From: Anolis carolinensis
Lineage: Eukaryota
Length of the DNA: 64,000 nucleotides
NCBI RefSeq assembly: GCF_035594765.1
Contig: NC_085846.1
Coordinates: 18,029,190-18,093,189, forward strand
Direction of reading: 5' to 3'
The notes under the pieces are model-generated. The model was not told the origin of the DNA, did not search any database, and saw only the letters and a program-made list of their open reading frames with translations. Positions 14,063-24,858 of this stretch are shown here, piece by piece; the stretch's first letter is position 1; each line of letters starts with the position of its first letter. Both the position numbers and the translations under genes were made by a program.

Positions 14063-17000
14063 TGCATTGCTCTAACACACTTGCCAAAATTTCTGGACTT
14101 TCCTTGGCATTGTGACTATGGGATTAGCATAATGAGTGCCTCCACTTCAGCATTTACTCGCTAACTACTGTGTATTTGTTTAACTTTTATTGCCATTTAA
14201 AACACTCCTGGGGCTTCAAATGAATCCAAGAGATTTGGCTTTATTTTTGCTTCCAATGAGGAACCTGGTATAGCCAAAGAAGAAGCTGTTAGTTGCTCTG
14301 CAGACTTGCCTGGCAGTAATCCTGAAACAGTTATCCACCAAAAGATTCAGATTCATAAGAGACAAGTCCCTCGCCAGCATTCATAGAAATGAGAACTGAA
14401 GGGTATTGCTTGCCTTGTGATGGCTTTGTCCTCTAGTGTCAGATTTATGCACAAGCTGAGCAAGCAACATTTTAAAGTCCCAGACTATGAGGACTAATAC
14501 TTAATAAATAAATAAAGTTAAACCTAACCCTCCCATTATGTTAGAATAATGCATGGGAGAGAATCTTATGAGACCTCAGCACATCTTTGGTCCTGCTTCT
14601 TCCCCAGAAGAAGAAATAGCAATCAGATGTGGCGGCGTCATCAGTACATCTTTCTAATTTTACCATAAGGAGTTCAGGCTGCACGTAAACGGAAGTGCTG
14701 ATTGTGACACAATGAAGCACTGATTAAAAACGTCATAATAACTATTTAATCAAAATAGCAAATCATGCAGTCACATAATGAAAACCTTGCTGGTTCGAAC
14801 CAGAGGTCACTTTCATCCTGCTTCTCACAGTGGCCAATTGATGGGAAAACCAGATTGTGAAGTTTTTAGGGACTCGGTAGCTCTTAGAAAATGATATTCA
14901 GCAGCAAACTGCCTTCACATATACACACATACCCTGCTCATTTTTGGACATTTTGCATTGTAGCCACATTCTGCATTTTTGATCCTTAGTCTGCACATCT
15001 GACCACTGTGGTGGCTTTTGGGGTTTTTTTCCCTCCTCTCATTTGACTCAGTGCTATCTAGTATTTGGTCTTTCATTCAAACTAAAAAAGTTGGTTCCAC
15101 TTTTCAACGAATTCCTTTTTCTACAATGGTCCAGTCTCTAAGTCATCACATAAGTGGGAGCTTCTTGTAGAAATCATAGGAACATCATGATTAATGAGAA
15201 ATAAAAAGATCTTTCTACCATAGATTTAATGTACTCCAGATTAGTTTATAAGCCACATTAGATGGGCAATGCATTTATTTTATTTTAGAGGCATATTAAG
15301 AACTAATATCAGGTTTTTCCCCCTTTTCCCTCCCCAGCCAATTTTCCATTTAATTATTGTTTTAAAATCAGAAGCAGTGCATAATAAGAAATTTGTGGTT
15401 ATACTTATCTGCAAACCATTTTAGAAGACTTTTCCAGGTGAGCAGTTGTGTGTAATATAAATGATTTAACATTAATTTCTGCCCAGCCATCATGGCCAAG
15501 ACATCTAGAATAGGGGAGTCAAATTCATTTTTACTAATGGACACATCAGCCTTATGATTGCCTTCAAAGGGCTGTTGAATCCATGGACAAATAGCGATAG
15601 GGTTTTTTCAACATAGTGGTCAATGCCTTTTAGTTTTCCCTCAATTTGGATCTCCAGATGTTATTGAATGACAGCTCACATAATTTCTGATGATCCATCA
15701 TGGAAACTGGGGATAATGGGGATTGTAATCCAACAGCACTTGTGGCTCTAAATTGGGACAAGGTTAAAGGACATTTTAAAGTCAGATTTTGTATCCACAA
15801 GCCTTATACCCAATTTCAAGCACCACTATCCTGACTAAACAGAACAAACAGCAGCATTCCAGGTGTTACTCTATCACAATTCCCATCAGCTCTAGTCATG
15901 ATGTCTAATACAGGAGTTGTAGTCCAGCACCCGGAGGGCCACATAAAATGATATGGCAGGCCAGATTTGGCCTTCGGCCCTTGTATTTAACACATGTGAC
16001 CTAGATTATAACAAGGATGGAGAAGTTCACTTTGCCTATCCTACAAAAATTATTTGGTCTGATAATCTGTGCTTGATAGGGATAGCCCCAAGCTCATTGT
16101 ATGGAATTAAAAGTCTATCTCCTCTCTTACAAATGAATTCCCTGCACCAACAAATGGGATTCCTTGAAATACGTATACTGTAATGCTGAATGCCACTTTG
16201 GAAGTCAAGAGGGAGCAGGGAAAACCAGTGAGATGGGTGTGCTGCTGGACTTGATCTAAAAGCACAGATTCCTGATGGAATGTATAGTACATTTAGAGAA
16301 GTCATAAGGAAAGTTATGGTCCTCAAGAGGTAGTTGGACTGCAGCTCCCATCAGCCCCAGCCAGCATAGCTAATGGCAAAGAATGTTGGGATTTGTAGTT
16401 CAGCAATGTCTAGCAATCATAGGTTGCCCACTTCTTCTCAAAGCTTATTTTGATGTGTAGAACTGTTCAGGTCTCAATTTCCTATTCTCAAGTATTTCGG
16501 TTTCTGGGAACCATTTTGTGTATTTTCCGTAAGGTATTTATTGTAGTTGTGTGCATTCAAGTTGTCTCTGACTTATGGCAATCCTATAAAAAGGGTTTTC
16601 AAGGCACGGTTTATTCTGAGAAGGATGGTCATCACCTTTCCTTTATATGGACGGAATGTGATTTGTCCAAGGTTACCCAATGGGTTTGTGTGGTTGAGTG
16701 GCCTCAAATCACTGCACTAAATTGCCTCTCACTCTGATATTTATATCTTCAAGCAAATGCTCTCGCCATCTAGCTTCCATAAAATGTAGGGCCCAAATGC
16801 CACATTTCTCCATAAATATATAATATCAACCCTTTGCGACAAATAATAAAAATCTAACAGCCGTTAAAAATGACCATAGCAGCAAAGGTAACAGCAGCAG
16901 ATCAGCACAATGCCAATAAAAGCGACTGGACATAAAATGCCGTTTCAGCAGAAGCTATTGCCCACAGCATTAAAGTTTCTCTTTTTAAGGAAAAAATAAC

Positions 17001-17092
17001 CCAACTTTCGGGTATACTTAAAAGCCTATTGAAAAGACCAGCTAGACAATGACGTTGAAAACACATTAAACCAATATATTTGAGGAAATGTG

Positions 17093-17650
17093 CTGTTGAA
17101 GGCTTTCATGGTCAGAATCACTGGGCTGCTGTGAGTTTTCCGGGCTGTATGGCAATGTTCCAGAAGCATTCTCTCCTGATGTTTCGCCTGCATCTACGGC
17201 AGGCATCCACAGAAGTGGTGAGGTCTGTTGGAAACTAGGCAAGTGAGATTTATATATCTGTGAAAAGTCCAGGAACTCTTATCTGTTTGAGGCAGGTGTG
17301 AGTATTGTAATTGGCCACCTTAGTTAGCATTGAATAGCCTTTCTGCTTCAAGGTCTGGCTGCTTACTGCCTGAGGGAATTCTTGCTGGGAGGTATTAGCT
17401 GGTCCTGACTGATTCATGAAAGGCTATTCAATACTAATCAGAATGGCCAATTGCAACATTCACACTTGCCTCAAACAGACAAGAGTTCTTTCTCCCACCC
17501 TGGACTTTCCAGAGATATATAAACCCCACTTGCCTAGTTTCCAACAGACCTCACAACCTCTGAGGATGCCTGCCATAGATGCAGGCGAAACGTCAGGAAA
17601 GAATGCTTCTGGAACATGGCCATACAGCTCGGAAAATTCAAAGCAATCCA
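17093..17650. mobile_element. Penelope-like element terminal repeats in inverted arrangement
   Basis: GAAGGCTTTCATGG..ATCACTGGG..CCAGAAGCATTCTCTCCTGA motif with its inverted copy. Related copies at 20400-21107, 49595-49803 and 50848-51270. Confidence 0.8.
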
Positions 17651-18127
17651 TTATATGGGGAAAGGTATTTCTGGACTATAACTCCCAGACTCCTACAGCC
17701 AACATGTCCAGTTTGGGACATTTTTAGTCCAAAACATTACTTTTCCCAGATCTGCCCCTGGATCTAGGATTGGCTTGCTGGATGACTTATTTCTGATGTA
17801 AAACTGCTGGCATTTCCATCAAAAAAGGGCTTATTCTGATTGTATCTGCCAAAGCCACAAATATGGAAACAGAAATCATGACCCGATTTAATTCATTAGA
17901 GAAGAACAAGACGGCCTTACAGTGCAGTCAAGGAAAAAGAGAAAAATTGGCAGAAGAATGAGATAATTGAGCTTCATCTGGGTTTAAATTTCCCATTTGA
18001 CAAAAAAAAAAGAGAGCCTAGAACACAATTGTTTCTCAGTTTCAACTCTAGTTAAAAATGGACCTAATTGTACTCGTAACTCACACTAGGATAATGATAT
18101 GCTGCCTTAGAAGAGAACTGTGTAGAT

Positions 18128-18256
18128 CAGGGGTCCTCAAACTAAGGCCCGGGGGCCGGATGCGGCCCATCGAAGCCATTTATCCGGCCCCCACGGCACA
18201 AGGTCAGAAGGGGGTTGGGCTAAATGACCCAAGGGGTCTCTTCTTCTCTTACAAGA

Positions 18257-18297
<41 letters not shown>

Positions 18298-18707
18298 GAA
18301 ACACAACAAGATGAGTCCACAGCAGACACTCTGCTGGCTGTTGAATGGGTCATACGTCGGACACTTCCCAAGTGTCTAGGGCTGTGTTATGTATCGGCAA
18401 ATAATGCGTGCAGATCCCAGTAAGGTGGCCTTCTGCAGCTGGCAGATGGTAATTTTGTTAGCACTGATTGTATTTAAGTGCAGGCCAAGGTCTTTAGACG
18501 CTGCACCCAGTGTGCCAATCACCACTGGGACCACCTTGACTGGCTTGTGCCAGATTCTTTGTAATTCAATCTTTAAATCCTCATATCGTGTCGGCTTTTC
18601 CAGTTGTTTCTCCTCAATCCTTCTGTCACCTGGGATTGCAACATCAACAATCCATACTTTGTTTTTTAACACGATTTGAGGTCAGGAGTATTGTGTTCCA
18701 AAACCCT

Positions 18708-18750
<43 letters not shown>

Positions 18751-18860
18751 CAACATTGAGGCTGGGTGGCCATCTGTCAGAAATGCTTTGCTTGTGCTTT
18801 TGGTGCACAGAGGCAGAAGGGGGTTGGACTAAATGGCCCATGGGGTCTCTTCCAACCCTC

Positions 18861-18911
<51 letters not shown>

Positions 18912-19002
18912 ATTAAGGCTGGGTGGCCAACTATAGTCCGGCCCTCCAATGGTCCGAAGGATCGTGAACTGGCCCCCTGTTTAAAAAGTTTGGGGACCCC
19001 TG
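18128..19002. mobile_element. Composite non-autonomous hAT element carrying an R4/Dong-type LINE 3' fragment, CR1 tails and (TTA)n tracts
   Basis: Same TIR family as 2913-3620; 8-bp TSD GTGTAGAT. Minus ORF 18376-18672 (IVDVAIPGD..EK..KY.DL..VPVVIGTLG) is typical of restriction-like-endonuclease LINE C-termini. Confidence 0.85.
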
Positions 19003-19699
19003 GTGTAGATTATGATACAGCCAGAAGGAAGTGAATTGTAGTTTCCTGTGGGCAGGATACGAGCCTAACAGCAAAACAACATTTCCTGATATTTTCTGCA
19101 CCTGTGGTTATGTAGCAATCGTGATGCGGGAATGCCGGCTTGCTTAGACTGCATCTGCACTGTGGAATTAGCGCAGTTTGACACCACTTTAATTGTCATG
19201 GCAAAAAGCAACGGAATCTTGGGAGTTGTAGTTTCACAAAGTCTTTAGCCTTGCTCTGGCCTAAAGTGCGGGTTTCTCACCAAACTACATACGCCAGGAC
19301 TTCATGGCATAGGGCAGTGAAAGTGGTGTTAAACTGCATTAATTCTACAGTGTAGATGCACCCAGAAGAGGTGGAACTCTTAAACCGGAACAAATCCTTA
19401 ATTGTCCTCATGGGCACCTGGTAGGAACACTTTCTAATGGTTTTAGATCAGGCATGGGCAAAGTTGGGCCCTCCGGGTGTTTTGGACTACAACTCCCACA
19501 ATTCCTGACCGCCTCAGGCCCCTTCCTTTTCGCTTAAGCGGCTGAGGGGGAAAAGGAAGGGGCCTGAGGCGGTCAGGAATTGTGGGAGTTGTAGTCCAAA
19601 ACACCCGAAGGGCCCAACTTTGCCTTGCCTGCTTCAGACACTTCTTTCCCCTTTAATTTGGATTGCAACACCCTCCATACTAACCTAGGCTTTGAACTA

Positions 19700-19990
19700 C
19701 ACCATCTGCGCATGCGTGAACACGTCCCAACCTCAAATGCAGTCCTACTCTGAAACCAGGCTACAGACTCGAAAGTGCCTCTCCATTTTTGCGCATGCGC
19801 ACTTTTGCGCTGCAGGTGGGCGGAGCTTATGCGGCAGAATTTCGATTCTGCGCAAGCGCGGTGCGTGCGTAAAATAAGCGGGAGTGAGCGTCCCACCCGG
19901 AAGAGGACGGGGGGCGTGGCTTAAGAAGGCTTAAAAGGGCCACGTGCGGCGGAGACTGTTCTGTTTGAAATGGCGACGCGTCCAGAGTAA
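19700..19990 (+). promoter_or_regulatory. CpG-island promoter of the SNORD88 host gene
   Basis: Several NRF1-type GCGCATGCGC motifs (about 19708, 19791), ETS CCGGAAG, GC box, E-box CACGTG at 19941, and YY1 AAATGGCG. Confidence 0.7.
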
Positions 19991-20127
19991 GTTGTGCTTC
20001 AGGATACAGGGGGATGAGGCCTACTAAGGTGGCTTTCAGGTGTTTTTCTCCCTCTTTGGATGGTTTAGCAGCGAGTTCTGCAATAATTAAGAATGGGGTC
20101 AAACTGTATTAATTTTACAGTGTAGAT

Positions 20128-20263
20128 CAGTGGTTCTCAACCTGTGAGTCCCCAGGTGTTTTGGCCTACAACTCCCAGAAATCCCAGTCAGTTTACCACC
20201 TGTTAGGATTTCTGGGAATTGAAGGCCAGAACATCTGGGGGACCCACAGGTTGAGAACCACTG
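20128..20263. mobile_element. Short hAT MITE
   Basis: TIR CAGTGGTTCTCAACC; TSD GTGTAGAT. Confidence 0.85.
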
Positions 20264-20399
20264 GTGTAGATACACCACTAATCACCCAAACTTACCCTAT
20301 TACCTGCTGTATTGTTGTGAGACATTTGGATGAAATAGGAAGACTCTTGTATGCTGCTTTTGGTTCATTCTTCGAAAGTATCCTGTAAATGTGACAGTT

Positions 20400-21107
20400 G
20401 TCGAAGGCTTTCATGGCCGAAATCACTGGGTTGCTGTGAGTTTTCTGCACTGTATGGCTATGTTCCAGAGGCTTTCACTCCTGTCGTTTCACCCACATCT
20501 ATGGCATCTATCTGTGGAATGTTCTCTTTGAGGCAAGTGTGAATCTTGCAATTGATCACCTTGATTAGCATTGAAAAGCCTTGCAACTTCAAAACTCGAC
20601 TGTTTCCTGCCTGGCGGAATCCTTTGTTGGAGGTATTAACTGGCTCTGATGGTTTATTGTCTGAAATTCCCCTGTTTTCTGAGTGTTGTTCTTTATTGTC
20701 CTGATTTTATAGTTTTTTTTTAAATGTCGGTAGCCAGATTTTGTTCTTTTTCATGGTTTCCTCCTTTCTATTGAAATTGTCCACATGTTTGTCCACAAAT
20801 AAATAACAAACAACAGTCCAAAACTTAGGGCCAGCTAACACCTCTCATCGGAGGGTTCCGCCAGGCTTTGAAGCTGCAAGGCTTTTCAATGCTAATCAAG
20901 GTGGCCAGTTGCAACATTCACACGTGCCTCAAACAGACAAGAGTTCTTTCTCCCACCCTGGTCTTTCAACAGATATATAAATACCACTTGCCTAGTTTCC
21001 AACAGACCTCACAACCTCTGAGGTTGCCTGCCATAGTTGTGGGTGAAACGACAGGAGAGAATGCTTCTGGAACATGGCCATACAGCCTGGAAAATTCACA
21101 GCAACCA
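20400..21107. mobile_element. Penelope-like element, inverted fragments (host-gene intron 1)
   Basis: Homologous to 17093-17650. Confidence 0.75.
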
Positions 21108-21849
21108 TACAATCTGTCTATTTAACTGCTATATTTGCAGGATGAGAATAAATCAAAGGCATAAAATAAAATTCTTTCCATTTCACCATAACATCCTTTT
21201 TCTGTAGGAAATAGAGAGAGGGTGGTATTTTGCTGCAGAGGCTTTTGATCCAGTTCTGCATTTTACTAATCATTCTTTTCCTTCCTATAGGTGCATAAGA
21301 ATGCTTTCTACTTCTCTATCAAAATGGAGCATCCACATCAGGCCTCCAGTAGGCCTTTCACCATGTTATCCTGGGTGAGTGGTGCTGATCCCATTTTGGA
21401 ATTGTTTTGAAAAGAAATCGAAGTTTCTCCAAGTCTTTGCATTTAGATAAACTGAAAACTTTGGTCATCCTGAACAAAACAGAGTGTCTGATAATCCTTT
21501 GCAGACACTGAGTTGATGTATTTTATATTTTCTAGGCTATGCATTCAATACATGCAGGATCACAGGAAGGGCTAACAGATCCAAGCAGTGCAATTGAATA
21601 TGACGTGGGAGTCCTGCAGTTCAGAGGATCCCTAACATGTATAGAAATGGTGGATTGATGTTGAGAGAGAGAAGCAGTAATCCCAGAGTAGAACAATGCT
21701 GTATTGCAGGGGGTTGGACTGGATGGCGGATGGCCCATGAGGTCTCTTCCAGGAACTCTATGATTCTATGAATTGCATCAGCCATTGGTCAGCCTATTGG
21801 AGACAGAACTTAAGTGTGAGGGAGCTGGAAATACTTCTTTGCAACAGGG

Positions 21850-21940
21850 TTGCTCTCATGATGTAAGCACTGGGCACAGACAATTGCTGTGGTGATAAAA
21901 GTGCCCCCATGCCTTTGACATCATGGGGACTGAGGAGCAA
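21850..21940 (+). ncRNA. SNORD88: C/D box snoRNA SNORD88 family, copy 1
   Basis: C box ATGATG at 21858, guide AGCACTGGGC, D' CAGA, C'-like GTGATA, conserved CTTTGACA, D box CTGA at 21930. Terminal stem TTGCTC/GAGCAA. Confidence 0.85.
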
Positions 21941-22758
21941 AATCCCTGGTGATCTTGGAAGGTTGCAGTTGCATGTCAGGATTGGTCTTAAATGGTAGCT
22001 AATACAGTGTTTGTCTCTCAGTAGTCCCGGGGTTAAAGAGTAAAACTCCCCTCTCCTGTAAACACTTTTCTCAGTGCCCCTTATGAGGGATTCTTGTTAT
22101 ATACAATTTCAGTAGGTAAACGAGTCTTACTGCTTGACACAAACATCCCAAGACTAAGCAGTTCTGGGAGATAGGGAGCCCTTTCCTGCTTTCCCCATAC
22201 TTCTGGTATTGTCCCCAAATAATTGGATTCTGAATGTAATGGTGAAGAAGGTAGCAATCTTTTTCCAGGCATTTCTTGTATTCTGCCTAGGGTGCATGGC
22301 AGTTTGATGCATCATACTTTACTTCAAAATAGTGAATATCGGTGAATTGTGGGCCAATGTCTTCCAGTCTATGCCAAGTTTCCAGGAAGGAAGTAATTTT
22401 AGTCAATGGCATTGATTCTCAATGCATAGGAATGGGGAGATTGCTCCCTGCCGGATAAGATAGTCTGAGAAATACAGAACTATTGACTTGGTGCACATGT
22501 TGATTTCTGACTCTTAAGTAACTGACTATCATTCTGATAGGTGACTCCGGCTTTAAGGTATACGGTCCTGTTCCCAGGATGATTGGTTCTTCAAGCAGAA
22601 TATGACGGCCAAGTAGGGCATCTGCCTTCTGAATAAAGTGAGTAGAACTGTTCAGTCTTTTTGTTAAATAAGTAATAATGGGGTAGTATCAAAGTGGGGT
22701 GTTGGAAGAAAATGTCGAGGAGGCTGGGGCAGCAAGCAAGGGAATGTAAGAGAGGAGT

Positions 22759-22846
22759 AACCCCAATGATGTCAGCACTGGGCTCCGATCACTGTGATGA
22801 TTTTGGTGCCTTCTGGAGACTTGACACTCTAGGAGACTGAGGGGTT
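22759..22846 (+). ncRNA. SNORD88: C/D box snoRNA SNORD88 family, copy 2
   Basis: C box ATGATG, guide CAGCACTGGGC, D' CCGA, C' GTGATGA, TTGACAC, D box CTGA at 22837. Terminal stem AACCCC/GGGGTT. Very similar to human SNORD88A as recalled (ATGATGTCCAGCACTGGGCTCCGA...). Confidence 0.9.
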
Positions 22847-23189
22847 CTGACTAAATACATATAGTGAGTTCCCCACACACATGAAACCCATATCTATTAT
22901 TTCACTTAACCACGCCTGAAGGGCAGTAGGAATTGACTTGGTCTTTCAAGCAATTTTCTGGTATTCTTTGCCTATAAGGCCCCTTCTATGCTGCCCTATA
23001 TCCCAGGATCTGATTCCAAATTATCTGCTTTGAACTGAATTATGTGAGTGTCCACTTCCATATAAACTGGGTTAAGCAGATAATCTGGCATCAAATCTTG
23101 GGATATAAGGATGCTGTAGAAGGGGCCCAAGTTACCATAGGGGTACCCTGGAGGGTCTAGAAAATTTGTAGAGAGGTTAACTAGGAACA

Positions 23190-23470
23190 TACTTGGAAGT
23201 CCCTGGAGTGGGCAGATCAAAAAACAACCTGGCAAAATGGCACTACCTAGAAGAATTCTCCACCTTGTGCAACTGTGGAGCAGAACAAACAATTTCACAT
23301 ATGTTTGCTTGTCCACAATGCCCTGCCACATGCACAGAGGAAGAATTGTTTAAAGCTACAGACAATGCAGTCGCTGTTGCCCATTTTTGGTCAAAAATTA
23401 TTTAGTCGCTTTTGTTCCCTCTATTTTTATCCGTTTTGTACTTATTTAGGCAATGTTTTTGACATGATTT
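23190..23470 (+). mobile_element. Vingi/Ingi-like LINE 3' fragment
   Basis: ORF GVGRSKNNLAKW....CNCGAEQTISHMFAC (C-terminal CCHC-type motif). Confidence 0.65.
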
Positions 23471-24030
23471 CATAAGCTATCACGAAGATAGTGCCTATTT
23501 CATTTCGTTCATCTAATGAGGTGGTCTCAGATCTGTCCCCTTTTTTAAATCTGGTGCATTTCTGGTTAGATTGCATGTGGATGGTACCAAGTTAGTGAGC
23601 AGCCTGTAATCCGCTGACTTCTGTCTCTGATTGAGGTATTGACTTGTGGTCTATTATCCTGGCTGTGGTACTAATGCATGATGCATGTTTCTTCCTGTTT
23701 AGCCTTGGCCAAGCTGTCTGACTGCATCTCCATGAAAACAGGAAAGGTGACAATTTGGATGGAGTAGTCCCGGAGGAAGAAGTATGGCTTTGAGAGGGAT
23801 CCCTAGATCACAAGCCAATTGAAGCCTGTTTCTGTGTTGTTTTACATTGCTCTTGAATAAGCTTTATTTTGCTCCCTTGTATTTGTAGTCTTCATTATGT
23901 GGACCAAATAAGGGTGTGCATTTTTTTAAAAGCAGTTTCCCTCAGACTCAGTTGAACAGCATTTGGGTTGGGGAGAAACTGTCTAAGATTGGAAGTCTTT
24001 TGCACAAGAGCAATTACATTCTGGGCAATA

Positions 24031-24048
24031 TTTATTAACTTAAATAAA
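24031..24048. terminator. Back-to-back poly(A) signals for the convergent ACP4 (-) and SNORD88 host (+) genes
   Basis: TTTATT (24031-36) and AATAAA (24043-48) are 6 nt apart, between the two converging last exons. Confidence 0.4.
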
Positions 24049-24858
24049 GCGTTATAGAAGAACAACACATATGTGTCTCGCATAATTCTGCTTAAAGGTT
24101 TAAAGTACCGTATATACATCTGTATGACATGGAACCAGATGGGAGACCAGAGTTGCTAGCCTGTAGGAGTAGCAATGCAAGATACAATAGCCACAAAGTT
24201 TTAGAATCAGAAAAGAGATATCTTAGAGAACAGAATTCCACATGTATCTATAGTACAAATTACAGCTCTGAAGAACAGTTGGAACCCCATGGGTGTAACA
24301 GTGGGCAAAACATATTTTTATCTCAAAAAACTTATAATAGGGTTACCACAAATTGGAAAGAAAGCCATATACAGTAGCAATGAAGACGCAAGATACTAAG
24401 GCACTTTGTTAATATGCTTAAAAAGTATCAATACTAATTTTTTAAAAATTCTATTTGTTGTGGTATCCTTCCCCAAATGAAGCCATATTTACAGGAAAGG
24501 GCTTAGAAATCTTCTACAAAAATGGAAAGAAAATAATCCTTAAATAAGAATAGCTTTCCTGCACCAGAGTCAGGGGGAAATGTGATTCAGTGCTTTCAGT
24601 CTGAACCATAGCTAGCCTTGGCAGATCTCAGTAGTTACATTACCAGTAGTCCCTTCACTGAGAGGCGTTTCCATGCCCTGATTTTCACACCCGCTAGTAT
24701 TGATAATCCTATCCAGATAGGGGTCTCCTATAAATCTCCATGCATAAGGGCCTACATAAATATGCTTTGGTTCCAATTGACTTCAGAGACGCACAACGAT
24801 ATAGTGATGTTTGTCTTTGGATGAGGGGAATTCTAATTGTCATGAGCTCCTCTTCCCA

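Larger units (their letters stand above)
19950..24065 (+). ncRNA. C19orf48: SNORD88 host gene (C19orf48 ortholog-like), spliced and probably non-coding or short-ORF; ends approximate
   Basis: CpG promoter. Exon 1 ends 19986 (GTAAGT); further exons 21291-21374, 22541-22637 and a terminal exon from 23703. A possible extra small exon starts at 22022. Only a 34-codon ORF from ATG 19970. Two SNORD88 copies lie in introns, and the gene is convergent with ACP4 as in human. Confidence 0.7.

Noticed and set aside
18058-19034. ORFs with poly-Leu/Ile/Asn that look like signal or TM segments
   Set aside because: Translations of (TTA)n microsatellites within a transposon.
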